In this document: one piece after another, positions 24,657 through 38,735 of the stretch | Numbering within the stretch: position 1 is the stretch's first letter | How the letters are laid out: each line of letters opens with the position of its first letter | Assembly: GCA_964016885.1 (NCBI GenBank) | Contig: OZ024745.1 | Location: forward strand, 59,830,001-59,894,000 | From: Eledone cirrhosa | Lineage: Eukaryota | DNA length: 64,000 bases | Direction of reading: 5' to 3' | Position numbers and translations under genes: made by a program | The notes under the pieces: generated by a model | The model's database searches: none | The model's input: only the letters and a program-made list of their open reading frames with translations | What the model was told of the DNA's origin: nothing

Positions 24657-26271
24657 GACTTGGAGTGAAAACCTCGACTTGGAGTGAGAACCTCGACTTG
24701 GAGTGAGAACCTCGACTTGGAGTGAAAACCTCGACTTGGAGTGAAAACCTCGACTTGGAGTGAAAACCTCGACTTGGAGTGAGAACCTCGACTTGGAGTG
24801 AAAACCTCGACTTGGAGTGAGAACCTCGACTTGGAGTGAGAACCTCGACTTGGAGTGAAAACCTCGACTTGGAGTGAGAACCTCGACTTGGAGTGAGAAC
24901 GTCGACTTGGAGTGAGAACATCGACTTGGAGTGAAAACCTCGACTTGGAGTGAAAACCTCGACTTGGAGTGAGAACCTCGACTTGGAGTGAAAACCTCGA
25001 CTTGGAGTGAAAACCTCGACTTGGAGTGAGAACCTCGACTTGGAGTGAAAACCTCGACTTGGAGTGAGAACCTCTACTTGGAGTGAAAACCTCGACTTGA
25101 AGTGTAAACTGCGACTTGGAGTGAGAACCTCGACTTGGAGTGAAAACCTCGACTTGGAGTGAGAACCTCGACTTGGAGTGAGAACCTCGACTTGGAGTGA
25201 GAACCTCGACTTGGAGTGAAAACCTCGACTTGGAGTGAGAACCTCGACTTGGAGTGAGAACCTCGACTTGGAGTGAGAACCTCGACTTGGAGTGAGAACC
25301 TCGACTTGGAGTGAGAACCTCGACTTGGAGTGAGAACCTCGACTTGCAGTGAAAACCTCGACTTGGAGTGAGAACCTCGACTTGCAGTGAAAACCTCGAC
25401 TTGGAGTGAGAACCTCGACTTGGAGTGAAAACCTCGATTTGGAGTGAGAACCTCGACTTGCAGTGAAAACCTCGACTTGGAGTGAGAACCTCGACTTGGA
25501 TTGAAAACCTCGACTTGCAGTGAAAACCTCGACTTGGAGTGAGAACCTCGACTTGGAGTGAAAACCTCGACTTGGAGTGAAAACCTCGACTTGGAGTGAA
25601 AACCTCGACTTGGAATGAAAACCTCGACTTGGAGTGAGAACCTCGACTTGGAGTGAGAACCTCGACTTGGAGTGAGAACCTCGACTTGGAGTGAGAACCT
25701 CGACTTGGAGTGTAAACTGCGACTCTGAGTGAAAACCTCGACTTGGAGTGAGAACCTCGACTTGGAGTGAGAACCTCGACTTGGAGTGAGAACCTCGACT
25801 TGGAGTGAAAACCTCGACTTGGAGTGAAAACCTCGACTTGGAGTGAAAACCTCGACTTGGAGTGAGAACCTCGACTTGGAGTGAAAACCTCGACTTGGAG
25901 TGAAAACCTCGACTTGGAGTGAGAACCTCGACTTGGAGTGAGAACCTCGACTTGGAGTGAGAACCTCGACTTGGAGTGTAAACTGCGACTCTGAGTGAAA
26001 ACCTCGACTTGGAGTGAGAACCTCGACTTGGAGTGAAAACCTCGACTTGGAGTGAGAACCTCGACTTGGAGTCAGAACCTCGACTTGGAGTCTGAACCTT
26101 GACTTGGAGTCAGAACCTCGACTTGGAGTCAGAACCTCGACTTGGAGTGTAAACTGCGACTTGGAGTGAGAACCTCGACTTGGAGTGAAAACCTCGACTT
26201 GGAGTGAAAACCTCGACTTGGAGTGAAAACCTCGACTTGGAGTGTAAACTGCGACTTGGAGTGTAAACTGC

Positions 26272-26689
26272 GACTTGGAGTGTAATGTACAACTTGGAGC
26301 ATAATGTACAACTTGGAGCATAATGTACGACTTGGAGCATAATGTACGACTTAGAGTGTAATGTAGGACTTAGAGTGTAATGTAGGACTTAGAGTGTAAT
26401 GTAGGACTTAGAGTGTAATGTAGGACTTAGAGTGTAATGTAGGACTAGGAGCATAATGTAGGACTAGGAGCATAATGTACGACTTGGAGTGTAATGTAGG
26501 ACTTGGAGTGTAATGTAGGACTTGGAGTGTAAACTGCGAGTTGAAATATAAATTGCGACTTGGATAGTAAACCTTGACTTGCAGTGTATTGAACAACTTG
26601 GGGTGTATACTGCGACTTGGAGTGTAAACTGCGGCTCCGAATATAAACTACGACTTGCAGTGTCATATATGACTCTGAGTGAAAACCTC
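26272..26689 (+). repeat. Cassette 18 (22 monomers, haplotype III)
   Basis: Core offset 107x19. Confidence 0.95.
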
Positions 26690-28912
26690 GACTTGGAGTG
26701 AAAACCTCGACTTGGAGTGAGAACCTCGACTTGGAGTGAGAACCTCGACTTGGAGTGAAGACCTCGACTTGGAGTGAAAACCTCGACTTGGAGTGAAAAC
26801 CTCGACTTGGAGTGAGAACCTCGACTTGGAGTGAAAACCTCGACTTGGAGTGAGAACCTCGACTTGGAGTGAGAACCTCGACTTGGAGTGAGAACCTCGA
26901 CTTGGAGTGAGAACCTCGACTTGGAGTGAGAACGTCGACTTGGAGTGAGAACCTCGACTTGGAGTGAAAACCTCGACTTGGAGTGAAAACCTCGACTTGG
27001 AGTGAGAACCTCGACTTGGAGTGAAAACCTCGACTTGGAGTGAAAACCTCGACTTGGAGTGAGAACCTCGACTTGGAGTGAAAACCTCGACTTGGAGTGA
27101 GAACCTCGACTTGGAGTGAAAACCTCGACTTGGAGTGAGAACCTCGACTTGGAGTGAAAACTTCGACTTGGAGTTAGAACCTCGACTTGGAGTGAGAACC
27201 TCGACTTGGAGTGAGAACCTCGACTTGGAGTGAAAACCTCGACTTGGAGTGAGAACCTCGACTTGGAGTTAAAACCTCGACTTGGAGTGAGAACCTCGAC
27301 TTGGAGTGAAAACCTCGACTTGGAGTGAGAACCTCGACTTGGAGTGAGAACCTCGACTTGGAGTGAAAACCTCGACTTGGAGAGGGAACCTCGACTTGGA
27401 GTGAGAACCTCGACTTTGAGTGAAAACCTCGACTTTGAGTGAAAACCTCGACTTGGAGTGAAATCCTCGACTTGGAGTGAGAACCTCGACTTGGAGTGAA
27501 AACCTCGACTTGGAGTGAAAACCTCGACTTGGGGTGAAAACCTCGACTTGGAGTGAAAACCTCGACTTGGAGTGGAAACCTCGACTTGGAGTGAAAACCT
27601 CGACTTGGGGTGGAAACCTCGACTTGGAGTGAGAACCTCGACTTGGAGTGAGAACCTCGAGTTGGAGTGAGAACCTCGACTTGGAGTGAGAACCTCGACT
27701 TGGAGTGAAAACCTCGACTTGGAGTGAAAACCTCGACTTGGAGTGAGAACCTCGACTTGGAGTGAAAACCTCGACTTGGAGTGAAAACCTCGACTTGGAG
27801 TGAAAACCTCGACTTGAAGTGAAAACCTCGACTTGGAGTGAGAACTTCGACTTGGAGTGACAACCTCGACTTGGAGTGACAACCTCGACTTGGAGTGAAA
27901 ACCTCGACTTGGAGTGAGAACCACAACTTGGAGTGAAAACCTCGACTTGGAGTGAGAACCTCGACTTGGAGTGAAAACCTCGACTTGGAGTGAAAACCTC
28001 GACTTGGAATGAGAACCTCGACTTGGAGTGAGAACCTCGACTTGGAGTGAGAACCTCGACTTGGAGTGTAAACTGCGACTCTGAGTGAAAACCTCGACTT
28101 GGAGTGAGAACCTCGACTTGGAGTGAAAACCTAGACTTGGAGTGAGAACCTCGACTTGGAGTGAAAACCTCGACTTGGAGTGAGAACCTCGACTTGGAGT
28201 GAAAACCTCGACTTGGAGTCAGAACCTCGGTTTGGAGTCAGAACCTCGACTTGGAGTGAAAACCTCGACTTGGAGTGAAAACCTCGACTTGGAGTGAAAA
28301 CCTCGACTTGGAGTGAGAACCTCGACTTGGAGTGAGAACCTCGACTTGGAGTGAAAACCTCGACTTGGAGTGAGAACCTCTACTTGGAGTGAAAACCTCG
28401 ACTTGAAGTGTAAACTGCGACTTGGAGTGAGAACCTCGACTTGGAGTGAAAACCTCGACTTGGAGTGTAAACTGCGACTTGGAGTGTAAACTGCGACTTG
28501 GAGTGTAATGTACAACTTGGAGCATAATGTACAACTTGGAGCATAATGTACGACTTGGCGCATAATGTACGACTTAGAGTGTAATGTAGGACTTAGAGTG
28601 TAATGTAGGACTTAGAGTGTAATGTAGGACTTAGAGTGTAATGTAGGACTTAGAGTGTAATGTAGGACTAGGAGCATAATGTAGGACTAGGAGCATAATG
28701 TACGACTTGGAGTGTAATGTAGGACTTGGAGTGTAATGTAGGACTTGGAGTGTAAACTGCGAGTTGAAATATAAATTGCGACTTGGATTGTAAACCTTGA
28801 CTTGCAGTGTATTGAACAACTTGGGGTGTATACTGCGGCTTGGAGTGTAAACTGCGGCTCCGAATATAAACTACGACTTGCAGTGTCATATATGACTCTG
28901 AGTGAAAACCTC
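26690..28912 (+). repeat. 117-monomer (2223 bp) higher-order unit, copy 1 of 4
   Basis: Same ordered rare variants (GAAGACC, GTTAGAA, AGAGGGAA, TTTGAG x2, AATCCTC, GGGGTGG, GACAAC x2, CCACAAC, CCTAGAC, CGGTTTG) in all four copies. Confidence 0.93.
28495..28912 (+). repeat. Cassette 19 (22 monomers, haplotype I, GGCGCATAAT variant)
   Basis: Core offset 117x19. Confidence 0.95.
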
Positions 28913-31534
28913 GACTTGGAGTGAAAACCTCGACTTGGAGTGAGAACCTCGACTTGGAGTGAGAACCTCGACTTGGAGTGAAAACCTCGACTTGGAGTGA
29001 AAACCTCGACTTGGAGTGAGAACCTCGACTTGGAGTGAGAACCTCGACTTGGAGTGAAAACCTCGACTTGGAGTGAAAACCTCGACTTGGAGTGAAAACC
29101 TCGACTTGGAGTGAAAACCTCGACTTGGAGTGAAAACCTCGACTTGGAGTGAAAACCTCGACTTGGAGTGAGAACCTCGACTTGGAGTGAAAACCTCGAC
29201 TTGGAGTGAAAACCTCGACTTGGAGTGAGAACCTCGACTTGGAGTGAAAACCTCGACTTGGAGTGAAAACCTCGACTTGGAGTGAGAACCTCGACTTGGA
29301 GTGAGAACCTCGACTTGGAGTGAAAACCTCGACTTGGAGTGAAAACCTCGACTTGGAGTGAGAACCTCGACTTGGAGTGAAAACCTCGACTTGGAGTGAA
29401 AACCTCGACTTGGAGTGAAAACCTCGACTTGGAGTGAGAACCTCGACTTGGAGTGACAACCTCGACTTGGAGTGACAACCTCGACTTGGAGTGAAAACCT
29501 CGACTTGGAGTGAGAACCACGACTTGGAGTGAAAACCTCGACTTGGAGTGAGAACCTCGACTTGGAGTGAAAACCTCGACTTGGAGTGAAAACCTCGACT
29601 TGGAATGAGAACCTCGACTTGGAGTGAGAACCTCGACTTGGAGTGAGAACCTCGACTTGGAGTGTAAACTGCGACTCTGAGTAAGAACCTCGACTTGGAG
29701 TGAAAACCTCGACTTGGAGTGAAAACCTCGACTTGGAGTGAGAACCTCGACTTGGAGTGAAAACCTCGACTTGGAGTGAGAACCTCGACTTGGAGTGAAA
29801 ACCTCGACTTGGAGTCAGAACCTCGGCTTGGAGTCAGAACCTCGACTTGGAGTGAAAACCTCGACTTGGAGTGAAAACCTCGACTTGGAGTGAGAACCTC
29901 GACTTGGAGTGAGAACCTCGACTTGGAGTGACAACCTCGACTTGGAGTGACAACCTCGACTTGGAGTGAAAACCTCGACTTGGAGTGAGAACCACGACTT
30001 GGAGTGAAAACCTCGACTTGGAGTGAGAACCTCGACTTGGAATGAGAACCTCGACTTGGAGTGAGAACCTCGACTTGGAGTGAGAACCTCGACTTGGAGT
30101 GTAAACTGCGACTCTGAGTAAGAACCTCGACTTGGAGTGAAAACCTCGACTTGGAGTGAGAACCTCGACTTGGAGTGAAAACCTCGACTTGGAGTGAGAA
30201 CCTCGACTTGGAGTGAAAACCTCGACTTGGAGTGTAAACTGCGACTCTGAGTAAGAACCTCGACTTGGAGTGAAAACCTCGACTTGGAGTGAGAACCTCG
30301 ACTTGGAGTGAAAACCTCGACTTGGAGTGAGAACCTCGACTTGGAGTGAAAACCTCGACTTGGAGTCAGAACCTCGGCTTGGAGTCAGAACCTCGACTTG
30401 GAGTGAAAACCTCGACTTGGAGTGAAAACCTCGACTTGGAGTGAAAACCTCGACTTGGAGTGAGAACCTCGACTTGGAGTGAAAACCTCGACTTGGAGTG
30501 AGAACCTCGACTTGGAGTGAGAACCTCGACTTGGAGTGAGAACCTCGACTTGGAGTGAAAACCTCGACTTGGAGTGAGAACCTCGACTTGGAGTGAGAAC
30601 CTCGACTTGGAGTGAGAACCTCGACTTGGAGTGAGAACCTCGACTTGGAGTGAGAACCTCGACTTGGAGTGAGAACCTCGACTTGCAGTGAAAACCTCGA
30701 CTTGGAGTGAGAACCTCGACTTGCAGTGAAAACCTCGACTTGGAGTGAGAACCTCGACTTGGAGTGAAAACCTCGATTTGGAGTGAGAACCTCGACTTGC
30801 AGTGAAAACCTCGACTTGGAGTGAGAACCTCGACTTGGAGTGAAAACCTCGACTTGGAGTGAAAACCTCGACTTGGAGTGAAAACCTCGACTTGGAATGA
30901 AAACCTCGACTTGGAGTGAGAACCTCGACTTGGAGTGAGAACCTCGACTTGGAGTGAGAACCTCGACTTGGAGTGAGAACCTCGACTTGGAGTGTAAACT
31001 GCGACTCTGAGTGAAAACCTCGACTTGGAGTGAGAACCTCGACTTGGAGTGAGAACCTCGACTTGGAGTGAGAACCTCGACTTGGAGTGAAAACCTCGAC
31101 TTGGAGTGAAAACCTCGACTTGGAGTGAAAACCTCGACTTGGAGTGAGAACCTCGACTTGGAGTGAAAACCTCGACTTGGAGTGAAAACCTCGACTTGGA
31201 GTGAGAACCTCGACTTGGAGTGAGAACCTCGACTTGGAGTGAGAACCTCGACTTGGAGTGTAAACTGCGACTCTGAGTGAAAACCTCGACTTGGAGTGAG
31301 AACCTCGACTTGGAGTGAAAACCTCGACTTGGAGTGAGAACCTCGACTTGGAGTCAGAACCTCGACTTGGAGTCAGAACCTTGACTTGGAGTCAGAACCT
31401 CGACTTGGAGTCAGAACCTCGACTTGGAGTGTAAACTGCGACTTGGAGTGAGAACCTCGACTTGGAGTGAAAACCTCGACTTGGAGTGAAAACCTCGACT
31501 TGGAGTGTAAACTGCGACTTGGAGTGTAAACTGC

Positions 31535-31952
31535 GACTTGGAGTGTAATGTACAACTTGGAGCATAATGTACAACTTGGAGCATAATGTACGACTTGGAG
31601 CATAATGTACGACTTAGAGTGTAATGTAGGACTTAGAGTGTAATGTAGGACTTAGAGTGTAATGTAGGACTTAGAGTGTAATGTAGGACTTAGAGTGTAA
31701 TGTAGGACTAGGAGCATAATGTAGGACTAGGAGCATAATGTACGACTTGGAGTGTAATGTAGGACTTGGAGTGTAATGTAGGACTTGGAGTGTAAACTGC
31801 GAGTTGAAATATAAATTGCGACTTGGATAGTAAACCTTGACTTGCAGTGTATTGAACAACTTGGGGTGTATACTGCGACTTGGAGTGTAAACTGCGGCTC
31901 CGAATATAAACTACGACTTGCAGTGTCATATATGACTCTGAGTGAAAACCTC
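31535..31952 (+). repeat. Cassette 20 (22 monomers, haplotype III)
   Basis: Core offset 160x19. Confidence 0.95.
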
Positions 31953-33548
31953 GACTTGGAGTGAAAACCTCGACTTGGAGTGAGAACCTCGACTTGGAGT
32001 GAGAACCTCGACTTGGAGTGAAAACCTCGACTTGGAGTGAAAACCTCGACTTGGAGTGAAAACCTCGACTTGGAGTGAGAACCTCGACTTGGAGTGAAAA
32101 CCTCGACTTGGAGTGAGAACCTCGACTTGGAGTGAGAACCTCGACTTGGAGTGAAAACCTCGACTTGGAGTGAGAACCTCGACTTGGAGTGAGAACGTCG
32201 ACTTGGAGTGAGAACCTCGACTTGGAGTGAAAACCTCGACTTGGAGTGAAAACCTCGACTTGGAGTGAGAACCTCGACTTGGAGTGAAAACCTCGACTTG
32301 GAGTGAAAACCTCGACTTGGAGTGAGAACCTCGACTTGGAGTGAAAACCTCGACTTGGAGTGAGAACCTCTACTTGGAGTGAAAACCTCGACTTGAAGTG
32401 TAAACTGCGACTTGGAGTGAGAACCTCGACTTGGAGTGAAAACCTCGACTTGGAGTGAGAACCTCGACTTGGAGTGAGAACCTCGACTTGGAGTGAGAAC
32501 CTCGACTTGGAGTGAAAACCTCGACTTGGAGTGAGAACCTCGACTTGGAGTGAGAACCTCGACTTGGAGTGAGAACCTCGACTTGGAGTGAGAACCTCGA
32601 CTTGGAGTGAGAACCTCGACTTGGAGTGAGAACCTCGACTTGCAGTGAAAACCTCGACTTGGAGTGAGAACCTCGACTTGCAGTGAAAACCTCGACTTGG
32701 AGTGAGAACCTCGACTTGGAGTGAAAACCTCGATTTGGAGTGAGAACCTCGACTTGCAGTGAAAACCTCGACTTGGAGTGAGAACCTCGACTTGGAGTGA
32801 AAACCTCGACTTGCAGTGAAAACCTCGACTTGGAGTGAGAACCTCGACTTGGAGTGAAAACCTCGACTTGGAGTGAAAACCTCGACTTGGAGTGAAAACC
32901 TCGACTTGGAATGAAAACCTCGACTTGGAGTGAGAACCTCGACTTGGAGTGAGAACCTCGACTTGGAGTGAGAACCTCGACTTGGAGTGAGAACCTCGAC
33001 TTGGAGTGTAAACTGCGACTCTGAGTGAAAACCTCGACTTGGAGTGAGAACCTCGACTTGGAGTGAGAACCTCGACTTGGAGTGAGAACCTCGACTTGGA
33101 GTGAAAACCTCGACTTGGAGTGAAAACCTCGACTTGGAGTGAAAACCTCGACTTGGAGTGAGAACCTCGACTTGGAGTGAAAACCTCGACTTGGAGTGAA
33201 AACCTCGACTTGGAGTGAGAACCTCGACTTGGAGTGAGAACCTCGACTTGGAGTGAGAACCTCGACTTGGAGTGTAAACTGCGACTCTGAGTGAAAACCT
33301 CGACTTGGAGTGAGAACCTCGACTTGGAGTGAAAACCTCGACTTGGAGTGAGAACCTCGACTTGGAGTCAGAACCTCGACTTGGAGTCAGAACCTTGACT
33401 TGGAGTCAGAACCTCGACTTGGAGTCAGAACCTCGACTTGGAGTGTAAACTGCGACTTGGAGTGAGAACCTCGACTTGGAGTGAAAACCTCGACTTGGAG
33501 TGAAAACCTCGACTTGGAGTGTAAACTGCGACTTGGAGTGTAAACTGC

Positions 33549-33966
33549 GACTTGGAGTGTAATGTACAACTTGGAGCATAATGTACAACTTGGAGCATAA
33601 TGTACGACTTGGAGCATAATGTACGACTTAGAGTGTAATGTAGGACTTAGAGTGTAATGTAGGACTTAGAGTGTAATGTAGGACTTAGAGTGTAATGTAG
33701 GACTTAGAGTGTAATGTAGGACTAGGAGCATAATGTAGGACTAGGAGCATAATGTACGACTTGGAGTGTAATGTAGGACTTGGAGTGTAATGTAGGACTT
33801 GGAGTGTAAACTGCGAGTTGAAATATAAATTGCGACTTGGATAGTAAACCTTGACTTGCAGTGTATTGAACAACTTGGGGTGTATACTGCGACTTGGAGT
33901 GTAAACTGCGGCTCCGAATATAAACTACGACTTGCAGTGTCATATATGACTCTGAGTGAAAACCTC
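33549..33966 (+). repeat. Cassette 21 (22 monomers, haplotype III)
   Basis: Core offset 106x19. Confidence 0.95.
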
Positions 33967-36189
33967 GACTTGGAGTGAAAACCTCGACTTGGAGTGAGAA
34001 CCTCGACTTGGAGTGAGAACCTCGACTTGGAGTGAAGACCTCGACTTGGAGTGAAAACCTCGACTTGGAGTGAAAACCTCGACTTGGAGTGAGAACCTCG
34101 ACTTGGAGTGAAAACCTCGACTTGGAGTGAGAACCTCGACTTGGAGTGAGAACCTCGACTTGGAGTGAAAACCTCGACTTGGAGTGAGAACCTCGACTTG
34201 GAGTGAGAACGTCGACTTGGAGTGAGAACCTCGACTTGGAGTGAAAACCTCGACTTGGAGTGAAAACCTCGACTTGGAGTGAGAACCTCGACTTGGAGTG
34301 AAAACCTCGACTTGGAGTGAAAACCTCGACTTGGAGTGAGAACCTCGACTTGGAGTGAAAACCTCGACTTGGAGTGAGAACCTCGACTTGGAGTGAAAAC
34401 CTCGACTTGGAGTGAGAACCTCGACTTGGAGTGAAAACTTCGACTTGGAGTTAGAACCTCGACTTGGAGTGAGAACCTCGACTTGGAGTGAGAACCTCGA
34501 CTTGGAGTGAAAACCTCGACTTGGAGTGAGAACCTCGACTTGGAGTTAAAACCTCGACTTGGAGTGAGAACCTCGACTTGGAGTGAAAACCTCGACTTGG
34601 AGTGAGAACCTCGACTTGGAGTGAGAACCTCGACTTGGAGTGAAAACCTCGACTTGGAGAGGGAACCTCGACTTGGAGTGAGAACCTCGACTTTGAGTGA
34701 AAACCTCGACTTTGAGTGAAAACCTCGACTTGGAGTGAAATCCTCGACTTGGAGTGAGAACCTCGACTTGGAGTGAAAACCTCGACTTGGAGTGAAAACC
34801 TCGACTTGGGGTGAAAACCTCGACTTGGAGTGAAAACCTCGACTTGGAGTGGAAACCTCGACTTGGAGTGAAAACCTCGACTTGGGGTGGAAACCTCGAC
34901 TTGGAGTGAGAACCTCGACTTGGAGTGAGAACCTCGAGTTGGAGTGAGAACCTCGACTTGGAGTGAGAACCTCGACTTGGAGTGAAAACCTCGACTTGGA
35001 GTGAAAACCTCGACTTGGAGTGAGAACCTCGACTTGGAGTGAAAACCTCGACTTGGAGTGAAAACCTCGACTTGGAGTGAAAACCTCGACTTGAAGTGAA
35101 AACCTCGACTTGGAGTGAGAACTTCGACTTGGAGTGACAACCTCGACTTGGAGTGACAACCTCGACTTGGAGTGAAAACCTCGACTTGGAGTGAGAACCA
35201 CAACTTGGAGTGAAAACCTCGACTTGGAGTGAGAACCTCGACTTAGAGTGAAAACCTCGACTTGGAGTGAAAACCTCGACTTGGAATGAGAACCTCGACT
35301 TGGAGTGAGAACCTCGACTTGGAGTGAGAACCTCGACTTGGAGTGTAAACTGCGACTCTGAGTGAAAACCTCGACTTGGAGTGAGAACCTCGACTTGGAG
35401 TGAAAACCTAGACTTGGAGTGAGAACCTCGACTTGGAGTGAAAACCTCGACTTGGAGTGAGAACCTCGACTTGGAGTGAAAACCTCGACTTGGAGTCAGA
35501 ACCTCGGTTTGGAGTCAGAACCTCGACTTGGAGTGAAAACCTCGACTTGGAGTGAAAACCTCGACTTGGAGTGAAAACCTCGACTTGGAGTGAGAACCTC
35601 GACTTGGAGTGAGAACCTCGACTTGGAGTGAAAACCTCGACTTGGAGTGAGAACCTCTACTTGGAGTGAAAACCTCGACTTGAAGTGTAAACTGCGACTT
35701 GGAGTGAGAACCTCGACTTGGAGTGAAAACCTCGACTTGGAGTGTAAACTGCGACTTGGAGTGTAAACTGCGACTTGGAGTGTAATGTACAACTTGGAGC
35801 ATAATGTACAACTTGGAGCATAATGTACGACTTGGCGCATAATGTACGACTTAGAGTGTAATGTAGGACTTAGAGTGTAATGTAGGACTTAGAGTGTAAT
35901 GTAGGACTTAGAGTGTAATGTAGGACTTAGAGTGTAATGTAGGACTAGGAGCATAATGTAGGACTAGGAGCATAATGTACGACTTGGAGTGTAATGTAGG
36001 ACTTGGAGTGTAATGTAGGACTTGGAGTGTAAACTGCGAGTTGAAATATAAATTGCGACGTGGATTGTAAACCTTGACTTGCAGTGTATTGAACAACTTG
36101 GGGTGTATACTGCGGCTTGGAGTGTAAACTGCGGCTCCGAATATAAACTACGACTTGCAGTGTCATATATGACTCTGAGTGAAAACTTC
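33967..36189 (+). repeat. 117-monomer unit, copy 2
   Basis: Offset 7277 from copy 1; same markers. Confidence 0.93.
35772..36189 (+). repeat. Cassette 22 (22 monomers, haplotype I, GGCGCATAAT variant)
   Basis: Core offset 117x19; private T>G at 36060. Confidence 0.95.
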
Positions 36190-38298
36190 GACTTGGAGTG
36201 AAAACCTCGACTTGGAGTGAGAACCTCGACTTGGAGTGAGAACCTCGACTTGGAGTGAAAACCTCGACTTGGAGTGAAAACCTCGACTTGGAGTGAGAAC
36301 CTCGACTTGGAGTGAGAACCTCGACTTGGAGTGAAAACCTCGACTTGGAGTGAAAACCTCGACTTGGAGTGAAAACCTCGACTTGGAGTGAAAACCTCGA
36401 CTTGGAGTGAAAACCTCGACTTGGAGTGAAAACCTCGACTTGGAGTGAGAACCTCGACTTGGAGTGAAAACCTCGACTTGGAGTGAAAACCTCGACTTGG
36501 AGTGAGAACCTCGACTTGGAGTGAGAACCTCGACTTGGAGTGAGAACCTCGACTTGGAGTGAAAACCTCGACTTGGAGTGAGAACCTCGACTTGGAGTGA
36601 AAACCTCGACTTGGAGTGAGAACCTCGACTTGGAGTGAGAACCTCGACTTGGAGTGAGAACCTCGACTTGGAGTGAGAACCTCGACTTGGAGTGAAAACC
36701 TCGACTTGGAGTGAGAACCTCGACTTGGAGTGAGAACCTCGACTTGGAATGAAAACCTCGACTTGGAGTGAGAACCTCGACTTGGGGTGAGAACCTCGAC
36801 TTGGAGTGAGAACCTCGACTTGGAGTGTAAACTGCGACTCTGAGTGAAAACCTCGACTTGGAGTGAGAACCTCGACTTGGAGTGAAAACCTCGACTTGGA
36901 GTGAAAACCTCGACTTGGAGTGAAAACCTCGACTTGGAGTGAGAACCTCGACTTGGAGTGAGAACCTCGACTTGGAGTGAGAACCTCGACTTGGAGTGAG
37001 AACCTCGACTTGGAGTGTAAACTGCGACTCTGAGTGAAAACCTCGACTTGGAGTGAGAACCTCGACTTGGAGTGAAAACCTCGACTTGGAGTCAGAACCT
37101 CGACTTGGAGTCAGAACCTCGACTTGGAGTGAAAACCTCGACTTGGAGTGAAAACCTCGACTTGGAGTGAGAACCTCGACTTGGAGTGAGAACCTCGACT
37201 TGGAGTGAGAACCTCGACTTGGAGTGAAAACCTCGACTTGGAGTGAAAACCTCGACTTGGAGTGAGAACCTCGACTTGGAGTGAAAACCTCGACTTGGAG
37301 TGAGAACCTCGACTTGGAGTGAGAACCTCGACTTGGAGTGAGAACCTCGACTTGGAGTGAGAACCTCGACTTGGAGTGAAAACCTCGACTTGGAGTGAGA
37401 ACCTCGACTTGGAGTGAAAACCTCGACTTGGAGTGAGAACCTCGACTTGGAGTGAGAACCTCGACTTGGAGTGAAAACCTCGACTTGGAGTGAGAACCTC
37501 GACTTGGAGTGAGAACCTCGACTTGGAGTGAAAACCTCGACTTGGAGTGAAAACCTCGACTTGGAATGAAAACCTCGACTTGGAGTGAGAACCTCGACTT
37601 GGGGTGAGAACCTCGACTTGGAGTGAGAACCTAGACTTGGAGTGAGAACCTCGACTTGGAGTGAGAACCTCGACTTGGAGTGTAAACTGCGACTCTGAGT
37701 GAAAACCTCGACTTGGAGTGAGAACCTCGACTTGGAGTGAAAACCTCGACTTGGAGTGAGAACTTCGACTTGGAGTGAAAACCTCGACTTGGAGTGAAAA
37801 CCTCGACTTGGAGTGAGAACCTCGACTTGGAGTGAAAACCTCGACTTGGAGTGAAAACCTCGACTTGGAGTGAGAACCTCGACTTGGAGTGAGAACCTCG
37901 ACTTGGAGTGAGAACCTCGACTTGGAGTGTAAACTGCGACTCTGAGTGAAAACCTCGACTTGGAGTGAGAACCTCGACTTGGAGTGAAAACCTCGACTCG
38001 GAGTGAGAACCTCGACTTGGAGTGAAAACCTCGACTTGGAGTCAGAACCTCGACTTGGAGTCAGAACCTCGACTTGGAGTCAGAACCTCGACTTGCAGTC
38101 AGAACCTCGACTTGGAGTGAAAACCTCGACTTGGAGTGAGAACCTCGACTTGGAGTGAGAACCTCGACTTGGAGTGAAAACCTCAACTTGGAGTGAGAAC
38201 CTCTACTTGGAGTGAAAACCTCGACTTGGAGTGTAAACTGCGACTTGGAGTGAGAACCTCGACTTGGAGTGAAAACCTCGACTTGGAGTGTAAACTGC

Positions 38299-38735
38299 GA
38301 CTTGGAGTGTAATGTACAACTTGGAGCATAATGTACAACTTGGAGCATAATGTACGACTTGGAGCATAATGTACGACTTAGAGTGTAATGTAGGACTTAG
38401 AGTGTAATGTAGGACTTAGAGTGTAATGTAGGACTTAGAGTGTAATGTAGGACTTAGAGTGTAATGTAGGACTTAGAGTGTAATGTAGGACTAGGAGCAT
38501 AATGTAGGACTAGGAGCATAATGTACGACTTGGAGTGTAATGTAGGACTTGGAGTGTAATGTAGGACTTGGAGTGTAAACTGCGAGTTGGAATATAAATT
38601 GCGACTTGGATTGTAAACCTTGACTTGCAGTGTATTGAACAACTTGGGGTGTATACTGCGGCTTGGAGTGTAAACTGCGGCTCCGAATATAAACTACGAC
38701 TTGCAGTGTCATATATGACTCTGAGTGAAAACCTC
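38299..38735 (+). repeat. Cassette 23 (23 monomers, haplotype IV, GAGTTGGAATAT)
   Basis: Core offset 134x19. Confidence 0.95.
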
